Shown piece by piece: positions 47,054-58,454 of a stretch of DNA of 64,000 nt. This DNA is from Candidatus Nomurabacteria bacterium. Lineage in GTDB: Bacteria > Patescibacteriota > Minisyncoccia > Phycocordibacterales > UBA918. The first letter of the stretch is position 1; each line of letters begins with the position of its first letter. The stretch covers positions 88,095-152,094 of the forward strand of contig JACKGG010000002.1 in assembly GCA_020632035.1 (NCBI GenBank), given 5' to 3'. The notes below the pieces were generated by a model. It had not been told where the DNA came from. It searched no databases and worked only from the letters and a program-made list of their open reading frames with translations. The position numbers and the translations under genes were made by a program.

Positions 47054-47124
47054 TTGCGGGGCCCGGAATCGAACCGGGGTCTGGAGGTTATGAGCCTCCC
47101 GAGGTACCTCTCCTCTACCCCGCT
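47054..47124 (-). tRNA. tRNA with a CAT anticodon and an A1·A72 mismatch (initiator-like acceptor end; could also be Ile2)
   Basis: The reverse complement gives AGCGGGG-TA-GAGG-AGAGGTA-CCTC-G-GGAGG-CTCATAA-CCTCC-AGAC-CCCGG-TTCGATT-CCGGG-CCCCGCA-A. Position 1 A does not pair with 72 A. Confidence 0.7.
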
Positions 47125-47310
47125 ATGTATTTAACTTTACTTTTTCTGCAACGTTGGAGCAATCTCTCCTCATCTCTACGAGATCTGTACACCTTGTCGC
47201 CATTTTATTTCGTAAACTCACAAAATTGCTGGCAAGGTCTTGCGGAAGCGTCCCACGCTTCCTCACCCCGCTATGTATTTAACTTTACTTTTTCTGCAAC
47301 GTTGGAGTAC
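47117..47310. repeat. the same ~106-nt element as in the 29.3-kb array, flanked by a 43-bp perfect direct repeat that includes the first 8 nt of the tRNA-CAT 5' end
   Basis: DR CCCCGCTATGTATTTAACTTTACTTTTTCTGCAACGTTGGAG at 47117-47159 and 47266-47308. The element at 47161-47265 has the same 5' core as the 29-kb copy, then a different hairpin, GGAAGCGTCCCACGCTTCC, and the same TCAC end. Confidence 0.85.
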
Positions 47311-47345
47311 GTGTGAAAATACACTATTTTTAGTGAGTTGGCAAC

Positions 47346-47969
47346 CTAAGATACCCCAAACTCATTGAAAACACGCTTGTAACGGGCGATGGTTTCCTCA
47401 ACTATTCTCTTGGTTAAAACGAAATCAGCACCCTGATGAGCAATCTTGTTACGCACAATATGAGCTTCCCATGCGTCGTTAATAGTAGCTAATTGATTTG
47501 AAGAAATCCCCTTAAGTCGCTCGCCTAATGAATTCCCTACATATCCTCGCTTCTTCAGAATATCATCAAGGATGATGTCTGCCTCGATAATAGCCAGGCG
47601 CCAGTCATTGGGATTGTCTGACGTGGAGTGAGTAATAACATCTTGCAAGCGACTGTTTCGAGCATTTCCTCTGAACTGCTCGTCATACAATTGTTCAGCA
47701 TCTCTTAATTCTTGAGTGATGAGATCAGAGTAAAGACTTCTTCGTACTGACGCAAAGACATAAAGCACTACCAATATAATGGTCACCAAATATGACAAAA
47801 CCACAAAAACTGTCCAGAGTGAACTGAAAAACCCTAGTATTCCTCCCCCCGAGAGTGATCCGGCCCCACCAAACATTCCACCAATTACAGCAAAAATATC
47901 GAAACCAAAAGAAGGCACGACTGAGGCATCTGCTGCTGTTGTACTTGCAACGTATGTAACTGGTTCCAT
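47346..47969 (-). CDS. hypothetical membrane-anchored protein
   Basis: Gly-rich N-terminus, one TM, then a helical soluble domain. No family recognised. Confidence 0.3.
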   Translation of the reverse strand: MEPVTYVASTTAADASVVPSFGFDIFAVIGGMFGGAGSLSGGGILGFFSSLWTVFVVLSYLVTIILVVLYVFASVRRSLYSDLITQELRDAEQLYDEQFRGNARNSRLQDVITHSTSDNPNDWRLAIIEADIILDDILKKRGYVGNSLGERLKGISSNQLATINDAWEAHIVRNKIAHQGADFVLTKRIVEETIARYKRVFNEFGVS

Positions 47970-47975
47970 AGAGCG

Positions 47976-49391
47976 TTATTTGCGCTCGTCGTACATTGAT
48001 TTTCCAATCTCAAACAGACGAGCATCGCCACCGTGTGGTCCAATATATTGTACCCCAACTGGCAACGACTTTCCGTCTCGTTCCACTGTACCCACGGGAA
48101 AGGTGATGGCAGGCACTCCAGTTAGGTTTACTGGCACAGTAAAGATGTCTTGTTTATACATAGCTAACGGCTCGGACTTCTCGCCTAATTTAAACGCCGG
48201 TGTTGGAGCAGTTGGAGTGAGGATGAAATCGACTTTTTTAAATGTGCTAGCTAGTTCTTCTCGCATTTTCTTCCGAGCTAATTCGGCTTTGCCATAATAG
48301 GCGTCATAATACCCAGACGAAAGAACGTGGGTGCCAAGGAGAATCCTCCGCTTCACTTCGGCACCAAAACCTTTAGCGCGTGATTTTTCATAAACTGCTA
48401 GCAGATCGTCTCCGTCAACCGACAATCCATAACGGATCCCGTCGTAGCGAGCTAAGTTTGAAGAGACTTCGGCTGGCATAACGACGTAGTAGGCAGCTAG
48501 ACCTTGTTCAAAGAGAGGTAAGTCAATGTCTACCACCTCATGTCCGGCTTCCTTAAGTAATTGGACGTGTTCTTCAAAAGCTTTTAGTACATCAGGATCC
48601 ACTCCCTCAGCTAGGAAATGCTTCGGTACACCAAAAGTATATTTGTCTTTATTTTTTACCTCTTCATAGGTATCAGGTGAAATTGTTGTAGCGTCCATCG
48701 GATCTTTTCCAGCCATAATATTATGAAGGGTCTCAGCGTCCGCTACCAAGTTGGTCAGTGGGCCGGCCTGGTCTAGCGAAGAACCCATAGCCATTAGTCC
48801 ATAGCGAGAGACAGCGCCATAAGTAGGCTTAAACCCTACCAGTCCGCAGTAGCTAGCTGGCTGGCGGATCGATCCGCCGGTGTCGGTACCAATCGCAGCT
48901 GGGACAGCGCCCATAGCGACCGCTGCAGCCGACCCACCCGAAGAACCTCCAGGTACCCTAGAAGTATCAACCGGGTTCTTGGTTGGACCAAAGGCTGAGT
49001 TTTCGGTCGACCCACCCATGGCAAATTCATCCATATTGGTTGCACCGACAAAAATAGCTCCTGCCTCCTTAAGTTTCTTTACAATCGTGGCGTCGTAGAC
49101 GGCGGTATAGTTCTCCAGTATTTTTGATGCTCCAGTAGTTTTTTTTCCTTTTAGGAGAATATTGTTCTTCAGAGCAATTGGTACACCGAGTAAGGCCGGT
49201 GTATCGACCCCCTTTTCTTTATACAGTGCGGTAGCTTTTTCAGCTTCTTCTATAGCGTCTTCATAAACTGCTAAGAAAGCGTGAATCTCTCCGTCTTTCT
49301 CTTTTATGGTGGCTAGGGTAGCTTTGACTATTTCAGTTGGCGTAGTCTCACCAGAAATAAACTTGGCTCTCAGTTCGGTAATAGTATTCAT
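47976..49391 (-). CDS. gatA: Glu-tRNA(Gln)/Asp-tRNA(Asn) amidotransferase subunit A
   Basis: Amidase signature GGSSGGSAAAVA with the Ser-cisSer-Lys context. gatC is immediately upstream. Confidence 0.9.
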   Translation of the reverse strand: MNTITELRAKFISGETTPTEIVKATLATIKEKDGEIHAFLAVYEDAIEEAEKATALYKEKGVDTPALLGVPIALKNNILLKGKKTTGASKILENYTAVYDATIVKKLKEAGAIFVGATNMDEFAMGGSTENSAFGPTKNPVDTSRVPGGSSGGSAAAVAMGAVPAAIGTDTGGSIRQPASYCGLVGFKPTYGAVSRYGLMAMGSSLDQAGPLTNLVADAETLHNIMAGKDPMDATTISPDTYEEVKNKDKYTFGVPKHFLAEGVDPDVLKAFEEHVQLLKEAGHEVVDIDLPLFEQGLAAYYVVMPAEVSSNLARYDGIRYGLSVDGDDLLAVYEKSRAKGFGAEVKRRILLGTHVLSSGYYDAYYGKAELARKKMREELASTFKKVDFILTPTAPTPAFKLGEKSEPLAMYKQDIFTVPVNLTGVPAITFPVGTVERDGKSLPVGVQYIGPHGGDARLFEIGKSMYDERK

Positions 49392-49392
49392 A

Positions 49393-49689
49393 TTATTCTT
49401 CAGTTTGGAGAATCTTTTTTACCTGTAAAAATCTACCGTCAGTGGCGGGCATTTCGGCCAGAATATCCTTGGTGTACTGGTCGGCTTTGTTAGTCACTTC
49501 ATCTTTACGAAAGACGTTATGTACCGCCCCCACCGCTGGAGCTGTGTCCACATCATCGGACACAATATCGCTAACCACACTGACATAAGAAACGATTGAA
49601 GATAGCTCTCCTTCAAGACTAACTTTTTCCTCTTCGGTTAATTCTATGCGCGCTAGCAATGATAAATGCTCAATATCTTCTCTTTTCAT
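49393..49689 (-). CDS. gatC: amidotransferase subunit C
   Basis: A 98-aa GatC-like protein (MKREDIEHLSLLARIELTEEEK..) preceding gatA with a 1-nt spacer. Confidence 0.7.
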   Translation of the reverse strand: MKREDIEHLSLLARIELTEEEKVSLEGELSSIVSYVSVVSDIVSDDVDTAPAVGAVHNVFRKDEVTNKADQYTKDILAEMPATDGRFLQVKKILQTEE

Positions 49690-49714
49690 AGGTCATAGCA
49701 TACCATTTGAGTTG

Positions 49715-52357
<2,643 letters not shown>

Positions 52358-52368
<11 letters not shown>

Positions 52369-53113
52369 AGATATTATATAAATACGTATCCACTACTACT
52401 TCCTGTTGCTGTCGTTGATTACCGGTATACCAGGTTACCCTTGATTCGACCCTAACCTCATTGTCATTTGCACCCTTTTCTAATTTAATTACTCTGGTGT
52501 AAGGAGTACTTTCGTTAGGAGGACCATTGTTCTGACCATTAATGTTGTAGGTGTACCTGGATCTGGGTCCGTTTGGGGTTGGATCAAATTTTATTTGACA
52601 AGTTTCACCAGTACACTCTCCTTTATTTACAACCTTTGGATTATTTGTGTTGGCCACAATAAGTCCACAGCCATTATTTGAAAAACATTGTTTATAAGTT
52701 CCACCTCCATCGTCAGTAAACTTATCCCAGCCTATGTAGGGCTCAGAACTATCTACATAAAAATTTTCTAAAAGGAAATCATCACGCGCTTTTTGAGCTA
52801 ATTCTGCTCCTTCCTGGGCTAGGAAATAAGCCACGACTTGCTCACTAGCGAAGCTGGTGCTACGGGCAGTAGAAGAGCTTATGGTCATAGGGCCAATTAT
52901 TATGATTAGTAGAATCGTGATGGCGACCAGAGTCTCGACTAGGCTAAACCCCTGACACTGACTTTTTAGCGGCACAGACTGTTTGCTGTGTTGTTTAGAT
53001 AGCGATACTGAAAGAGAATTAATATATGAATTTACTTTAGCTTTTGTCACTGACAACAGCTTAAAAGTTGGTGTGGTAATCATGCCAGATTGTGAAGATT
53101 GTTTGTATTTCAT
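52358..53113 (-). CDS. type IV minor pilin-like protein with an unusually long (~55 aa) leader
   Basis: QGFSLVETLVAITILLIIIIG prepilin cleavage/methylation motif. Confidence 0.5.
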
Positions 53114-53787
53114 ATATCAAGAGTTCGTTGCGTTACAGTAGTCTGTATTCTATAGGTTTTAGTCGGTAACGTGTCACTTTTTTCATGTGCTTCAATAAAG
53201 ATTGTAACACTTGGTTGATCTACATATCCGTCTAGGTTTCCTAGTGCATCAGCAAGCCTATCGCTTCCAGACACAAAAAACTCTGCATCATCAATTTCAA
53301 TCCCTGAAGAGATAATAGATTGTGCTTTCTGAGATCCTATTCTACGATATATACTTTTTTCATCTTTATCAAAATAATAAAGAATTCGTTTTCCTGTATC
53401 GCCAGTTATGCTCTCCCCCGATTCAATAAAAGCCACTCCATTAAAAACAGTATTTTCACCCTTTCCAAAAGGACAATTCTTTGTATCATTAACTTCAAGG
53501 ATTGAGTCTAAATCTTTATCTCCATTGTAAATATTTTTATTACCAGTAGCACTATTTTTATTGTCACAGTAATAATTAGTACCCGTACGTATCTCCCTAG
53601 TCATACTATCTAGAGCAAAAGACAGGTTGGTCATGACGCTTTGCTCGGCTTGGAGCTGGAGGTTGGTGGCAATGAGTGAAAGTAAGGCGCCTACAGCAAT
53701 AGTGACCACTACCGAAAAAACAGCCAACGAAACAATCATTTCGATTAGAGTGAAGCCTTGTTGTCTTTGGTGGATTTTTTTCATAAT
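53110..53787 (-). CDS. type IV minor pilin-like protein (start taken at MKKIHQRQQGFTLIEM, not the upstream Met of the ORF track)
   Basis: GFTLIEMIVSLAVFSVVV prepilin motif 9 aa after the proposed start. This removes a 50-nt overlap with the upstream gene. Confidence 0.55.
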   Translation of the reverse strand: MMKKIHQRQQGFTLIEMIVSLAVFSVVVTIAVGALLSLIATNLQLQAEQSVMTNLSFALDSMTREIRTGTNYYCDNKNSATGNKNIYNGDKDLDSILEVNDTKNCPFGKGENTVFNGVAFIESGESITGDTGKRILYYFDKDEKSIYRRIGSQKAQSIISSGIEIDDAEFFVSGSDRLADALGNLDGYVDQPSVTIFIEAHEKSDTLPTKTYRIQTTVTQRTLDI

Positions 53788-53788
53788 T

Positions 53789-54436
53789 TTAAGGACTGCA
53801 AGGAAGCACGGAAATCTGACCAGTCTTAGTAAACTCAATGGTTCTTACTTCCCCACAACTAGTACCAGCTCTACCCCTAACTCCAACCTTTATAAAGAGC
53901 GTATCTGCATCTAACGATGCTCCAAATCTATTATAAAACTTTGCGTCAAAATTTGGGCGTTGGAAAACAATTGATACTTCTTCGGGTGATGAAAAAATGG
54001 TTCCATCATGTGTTATATTTTTTACCTCAAATCGGGTATCTAGTATCCCTGGTACTCCGAATTCATTGGCAGAATCATACACCACACTGTTATCAGCTCT
54101 AAAAGTCCTATACACTCCGTTATACAACAGATCAGTCTGTGATTTTTTACTAAAACTTAACCCCAGTGCCGAGCGGAAATCTTGACCAGCGGTCGTGTCA
54201 CCGCTGGCACTGATGGCCGTCAGCTGTACCTCGCGCGCAGCTAGAGCTATGTCATAAGCTTGACCTCGAAGCAAAACTGCACTATTGAAGGTGCTCTGGC
54301 TAACAATAATAGTGGTTGAGATAATGACCATAATGCTGATACTAACCATCAGCTCTACCAAGCCAAAACCACCCTGCGAGCCGGTCTTTCCGGCTTGGTT
54401 GGTCTTACTATATAAAGCTGAAAAGTTCCAAAGCAT
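53789..54436 (-). CDS. type IV minor pilin-like protein
   Basis: GGFGLVELMVSISIMVII prepilin motif. Confidence 0.55.
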   Translation of the reverse strand: MLWNFSALYSKTNQAGKTGSQGGFGLVELMVSISIMVIISTTIIVSQSTFNSAVLLRGQAYDIALAAREVQLTAISASGDTTAGQDFRSALGLSFSKKSQTDLLYNGVYRTFRADNSVVYDSANEFGVPGILDTRFEVKNITHDGTIFSSPEEVSIVFQRPNFDAKFYNRFGASLDADTLFIKVGVRGRAGTSCGEVRTIEFTKTGQISVLPCSP

Positions 54437-55250
54437 TGAAATGTGTAAATAAAATAATCAGACAGCTTGCCACCAGAAATGGCGCAAACGGAACCGCACT
54501 CTTCATTGTAAGGTCAATCCCAAGTAAATGTAAGCGGTCTTTTCCCCTACTCCACTTGGCGACCCCTATTATAAGGAGACTAATCGCCGCCCCCACCCAA
54601 AAAGCTAAGACAACAAAGGAAAAGACCGCCCCCGGGCCGACCAGAAGCCCAAGTGGAAAAGCCAGCTTTACATCACCAAAACCAAGCCATCGGCCTTTAG
54701 AAATAACCCACAAAAATAAGAAAAAGGCTGAGCCTAAAATCGCCGCGCCAAAAGTCCATGCTAATCGGTTTTGGTCGCCACCGAAAACAAAATACTCATA
54801 TGCAAGCAATACTATCGCCGAGACACTAAGCGCTAGCGTTAGGCCATCTGGGATAATAAAGTGATACAAATCGTAGACAGTGATAACTACTAGTATCGAA
54901 CAAATAGTCCAGAAGATTAAAATCTGCCACAAGTCAGTGGTAATGGTAAGTACCAGAGAAAACAAAGCTCCAGTCAAAAACTCCACCAAGAAATACCTTG
55001 GGGTCACCCTGCAACTACAAGTCCGGCAACGAGCACGTAAAACGACATAGGACATAAGCGGGAAAAGTTCAAACCACCGCAAGCGAGTACCGCACGACAT
55101 ACAGTGCGAATGCCCAGACAAAGACTTACCCGTGTGAAAGCGATAAATATAGACATTAAGAAAACTACCAATAATGATCCCAAAACCAAAAGCCACCACG
55201 TACCAGAAAGACATAGGCACCAAGAGTGAGTCGAGAGTGTAACTTAACAT
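54408..55250 (-). CDS. pilD: prepilin peptidase / N-methyltransferase (A24 family)
   Basis: N-terminal C-x-x-C...C-x-x-C zinc cluster (CMSCGTRL..CRTCSCRV), polytopic TM, and catalytic Asp context. Confidence 0.8.
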   Translation of the reverse strand: MLSYTLDSLLVPMSFWYVVAFGFGIIIGSFLNVYIYRFHTGKSLSGHSHCMSCGTRLRWFELFPLMSYVVLRARCRTCSCRVTPRYFLVEFLTGALFSLVLTITTDLWQILIFWTICSILVVITVYDLYHFIIPDGLTLALSVSAIVLLAYEYFVFGGDQNRLAWTFGAAILGSAFFLFLWVISKGRWLGFGDVKLAFPLGLLVGPGAVFSFVVLAFWVGAAISLLIIGVAKWSRGKDRLHLLGIDLTMKSAVPFAPFLVASCLIILFTHFNALELFSFI

Positions 55251-55325
55251 CAGATAATTATACCTAATAATAGAGACAGAAAATCACCTTGCAAACAAAA
55301 AACGCCAGCAGACGCTTTTTACTTT

Positions 55326-55465
55326 GTCCCGAGGACCGAATTGTTATTTTTGTCCCGAGGTCGGTCCTCGGGACAAACAGACCTCGGGCAAAGTGGCATT
55401 AGAGAACATCAGGACAAAGCTTCATCCTATGCCCCGCTATCCCGAGGTCCGACCTCGGGATAGGT
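55326..55465. repeat. cluster of REP-type palindromes (GTCCCGAGGtcgGtCCTCGGGAC family) 3' of the RAYT gene
   Basis: Copies or half-copies at 55326-38, 55352-75, 55376-88 and 55438-65. Confidence 0.8.
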
Positions 55466-56130
55466 TTGCGCTTGAGTAGTCAAGCCAATGAGTGATCTGA
55501 TCATTGAAAGAATTTTCCTCCAGAAAGTATTGAGGAAAACTATCTTTAGAGAGAACATTAGACACAACTCTATTCACTCCCTGATAATCAAGGTAGCTTG
55601 AATATTTATATTCCTGCAAGTGTTTCAAAGCTTCATTTCTATTTTTAATACCAGTCTCTTTCCACTCTGGCTCAATTAATTTGATTGGATTTAGATGAAT
55701 GTACGAAAATAAATATTTTAGATATTCATCTGTATCAGCTCGCTTAGCTTTGTATCTACCTTCAAATAAGACACCTGTGCGATCATGTTTCTTATTAAAG
55801 TACATGGAGTATCCAGTTGAAAGTTTTTTCATAAACTGACTAATTCCTCCTTCGTTTACTTCTTTTATTAAAATATGAAAATGATTGGGCATTAATACGT
55901 AAGCACCAATGTCAACAAGGACCTTATTTCTATCAATTAAAAATAAATCGTCATATTTTTTACCTGCTTTATATTCATCCTTTATTGAAACAGGATTTGT
56001 ACTGTTGCATAAATACAGCAATGCCATAAAACGGTCATAGTCTGACTTTGTTTTGTATATTACCCTTTTCTCTGTACCTCGATTATAAATGTGGTAATAC
56101 TCATCGACAGCAATAGAGTTATCTTTCAAC
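55437..56130 (-). mobile_element. REP-associated tyrosine transposase (RAYT, IS200/IS605-like Y1 HuH transposase). The start is probably the internal Met (MLKDNS..), because the upstream part of the ORF reads through a REP palindrome.
   Basis: YHIYNRG, HuH motif MPNHFHILI, and a catalytic-Tyr region (RYKAKRADTDEYLKYLFSYIHLNP). REP palindromes flank it on both sides. Confidence 0.7.
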
Positions 56131-56149
56131 ATACAATTAATATACCACA

Positions 56150-56257
56150 CTGTCCCGAGGACCGACCTCGGGACAGATAAACATTTACTTACAAACAACA
56201 CAAAAAGTGGCCAGAAAGCGCTTTTTGATATTGTCCCGAGGTCGGACCTCGGGACAG
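56150..56257. repeat. two REP palindromes 5' of the RAYT gene
   Basis: CTGTCCCGAGGACCGACCTCGGGACAG (56150-77) and TTGTCCCGAGGTCGGACCTCGGGACAG (56231-57). Confidence 0.8.
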
Positions 56258-56312
56258 ATTTTCATTACTTATATTATAACTTAGCTATAAATCAAGTATT
56301 TTAACTTACAAA

Positions 56313-56340
56313 CAAAAAACCGCCCGAGGGCGGTTTTTGT
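56313..56340 (-). terminator. intrinsic terminator after the major pilin gene
   Basis: AAAAACCGCCC-TCG-GGCGGTTTTTTG on the minus strand. Confidence 0.7.
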
Positions 56341-56354
56341 TTGTAATGCATTTT

Positions 56355-56822
56355 CTACGATGCTGGACAAGATGTTCCACCAGAACCATTCGCCGCATAC
56401 GCAGCCAAAGGAAGGGTACGATTCCCTCCAAAACCTGTACTGTCTACACAGAAGAACCCACCTCCAGTCAGTGGGGTTGATGCTGCCCATTCATCCACCA
56501 AATCGTTACAATTGTAAGTAGTCGTTGTTTGCTGGGCTCCATCAAGCACTTCTGATGCTGCAGGTGTATTGGCTTGCACTGCTAAAGCCAAAGCGTCTAG
56601 AGCTGCATGGCCACATTGACCATCATAAGAGAAATTATTATTATTATATCTTAACTCCATTTGGTTTCTGATACTATTCATACTTCCTTTTGCAGAAGCA
56701 TCTCTTCCATTGTCTCGTGCGTCATTTAGAGAGGCAAGCACTACAGCTGCCAATATACCAATAATCGCGATTACTACGAGGAGTTCGATAAGTGTGAAAC
56801 CTCGTTGAAATATCTTTTTCAT
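56355..56822 (-). CDS. type IV major pilin (PilA-like)
   Basis: MKKIFQRGFTLIELLVVIAIIGILAAVVL is a canonical type IVa prepilin N-terminus. It has its own strong terminator and a C-terminal Cys pair. Confidence 0.7.
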   Translation of the reverse strand: MKKIFQRGFTLIELLVVIAIIGILAAVVLASLNDARDNGRDASAKGSMNSIRNQMELRYNNNNFSYDGQCGHAALDALALAVQANTPAASEVLDGAQQTTTTYNCNDLVDEWAASTPLTGGGFFCVDSTGFGGNRTLPLAAYAANGSGGTSCPAS

Positions 56823-57185
56823 AATTTTTTGTTAAATTTAAATTTAATACTCATTTCAGATATCAGCTGCGTATCTGAAATGTGTTTGCCTACGTTGTTC
56901 TAGGCTTATTACTATTATAGAACGTTGTCAGAAGAAAAAATTGACACCTGGGGAAAAGATACTTGTTTGTGTGCACCTCTACTCATTCATATAATAAACC
57001 ACTCACACCCGACATATTTCTCACTACTCCGATGAAAACCATTTTTCTACAAACATTCTCTCTGCATATACTCAAAATATGTCAGGTGTGAGTGGCTATG
57101 GCGTTTCACTTTTTATCAGAGCATTAGAAATAGGTTAATCGACATGGGCCATAAAATTGTTAAGTTCAGCCATGTTACAAAGACC

Positions 57186-57215
57186 GGCGCCCGAAGGGCG
57201 CCGGTCTTTACATAA
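57186..57215 (-). terminator. intrinsic terminator after pilC
   Basis: AAAGACCGGCGCCC-TTCG-GGCGCCGGTCTTTG on the minus strand. Confidence 0.65.
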
Positions 57216-57227
57216 ATATCTTTCAGC

Positions 57228-58445
57228 TTAGAAAGCGCTAGAAAGATTGTAGATAGGCATCAATACAGAAGCCAAAAGTACTCCCACGCCAAGGCCAAGC
57301 AATACAATCATCGCTGGCTCGATGAGGCCAATTAAGGTGTCAACAGCGTTGTTTACTTCTCTGCGATAGAAGTTTGAGAGAGTTTTAAGAATTTTACCTA
57401 AACTTCCGGTTTCTTCTCCTACTTTAGCCATTTGCGCTAATACACCAGGTATCTCTGGGTACTCAGCGATAGCATCAGCAAACGAACGACCACCGGTCAC
57501 CTCTACCAGGGCAGATTCGATAATTTCTTTGTAGACGGTGTTGTCTACTACGTCGGCAGTTACTTCGAGTGCTTGTACGATAGTAATACCACTATCGAGC
57601 ATGGTCGACATGTTGTCGCAAATACGAGTTAGTAGAAGCTTTCGTTGTAGGTCACCTAAGTATGGAATAGAGATCATGAACTCATCGACTGCTCTCTTAC
57701 CAACGTCTGTTTTTGAAAACCTCCATAAGGCTACTCCACCACCAGCGACAGCAATTAGGATTAGTCCGATATAAGTGGTCATAAAGTCTGATAGACCAAT
57801 GACGATCTTGGTATAGATGGGAAGCTCTTGGCCTGAGTCTGTAAGGATCTTGGCGACACTTGGTATAACTAGGGTAAGCATCATACCCATAACTACAAAG
57901 AAAATAGATATAACAAAAGCTGGGTAGACTAAGGCATTTCGAGCTTTAGAAATAACTTCGTATTGACGGTCTAGATAATCGGCCAGGTAGTCGAAAGACT
58001 TCTCCAGAGAACCAGATTCTTCTCCAGCCCGCACTAGATTTACGTAAAAAGAAGAGAAGATATCTGGATGAGCGGCTAGAGCTCGAGAGATAGAACTACC
58101 ACCTTGCAGATCTTCAACGATTTTGTTCATGGCATTTTGGAGCTGTGGATTTTCTATTTCGGCCGAAAGTAAGCGAAAAATCCGCAGTGGAGAAACTTGA
58201 GCTTGGAAAAGTGTAGCAATCTGCCGAGAGAGGATAACAATGTCTTTGTTAGAGACAGACTGCATAAATGAAAACTCAATATTAAGGAGTCCTGCTAGCC
58301 CTTGTTTGCTACCAGTTTCGTCAATAGAAAGAATGGTGTAGCCGCGCTTTTGTACGGCCGAGATAGCAGCATCTACAGTCGGAGCCTCGACCGTCCCCTC
58401 ACGCTGGATGTTGTTGCCGTCGATTGCTTTGTAGTTAAAGAGCAT
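57228..58445 (-). CDS. pilC: type IV pilus platform protein PilC (GspF family)
   Basis: Two GspF repeats with 3 TM segments; 405 aa. Confidence 0.85.
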   Translation of the reverse strand: MLFNYKAIDGNNIQREGTVEAPTVDAAISAVQKRGYTILSIDETGSKQGLAGLLNIEFSFMQSVSNKDIVILSRQIATLFQAQVSPLRIFRLLSAEIENPQLQNAMNKIVEDLQGGSSISRALAAHPDIFSSFYVNLVRAGEESGSLEKSFDYLADYLDRQYEVISKARNALVYPAFVISIFFVVMGMMLTLVIPSVAKILTDSGQELPIYTKIVIGLSDFMTTYIGLILIAVAGGGVALWRFSKTDVGKRAVDEFMISIPYLGDLQRKLLLTRICDNMSTMLDSGITIVQALEVTADVVDNTVYKEIIESALVEVTGGRSFADAIAEYPEIPGVLAQMAKVGEETGSLGKILKTLSNFYRREVNNAVDTLIGLIEPAMIVLLGLGVGVLLASVLMPIYNLSSAF

Positions 58446-58454
58446 AAAATTTTA

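Noticed and set aside
47029-47316. 95-aa plus-strand ORF
   Set aside because: It covers the tRNA-CAT gene (antisense) and the repeated element with its 43-bp direct repeats. It is not coding.
47779-48297. 172-aa plus-strand ORF
   Set aside because: It is antisense to the well-supported gatA gene, and its composition (Pro/Ser/Thr-rich) is typical of antisense reading of a GC-richer gene.
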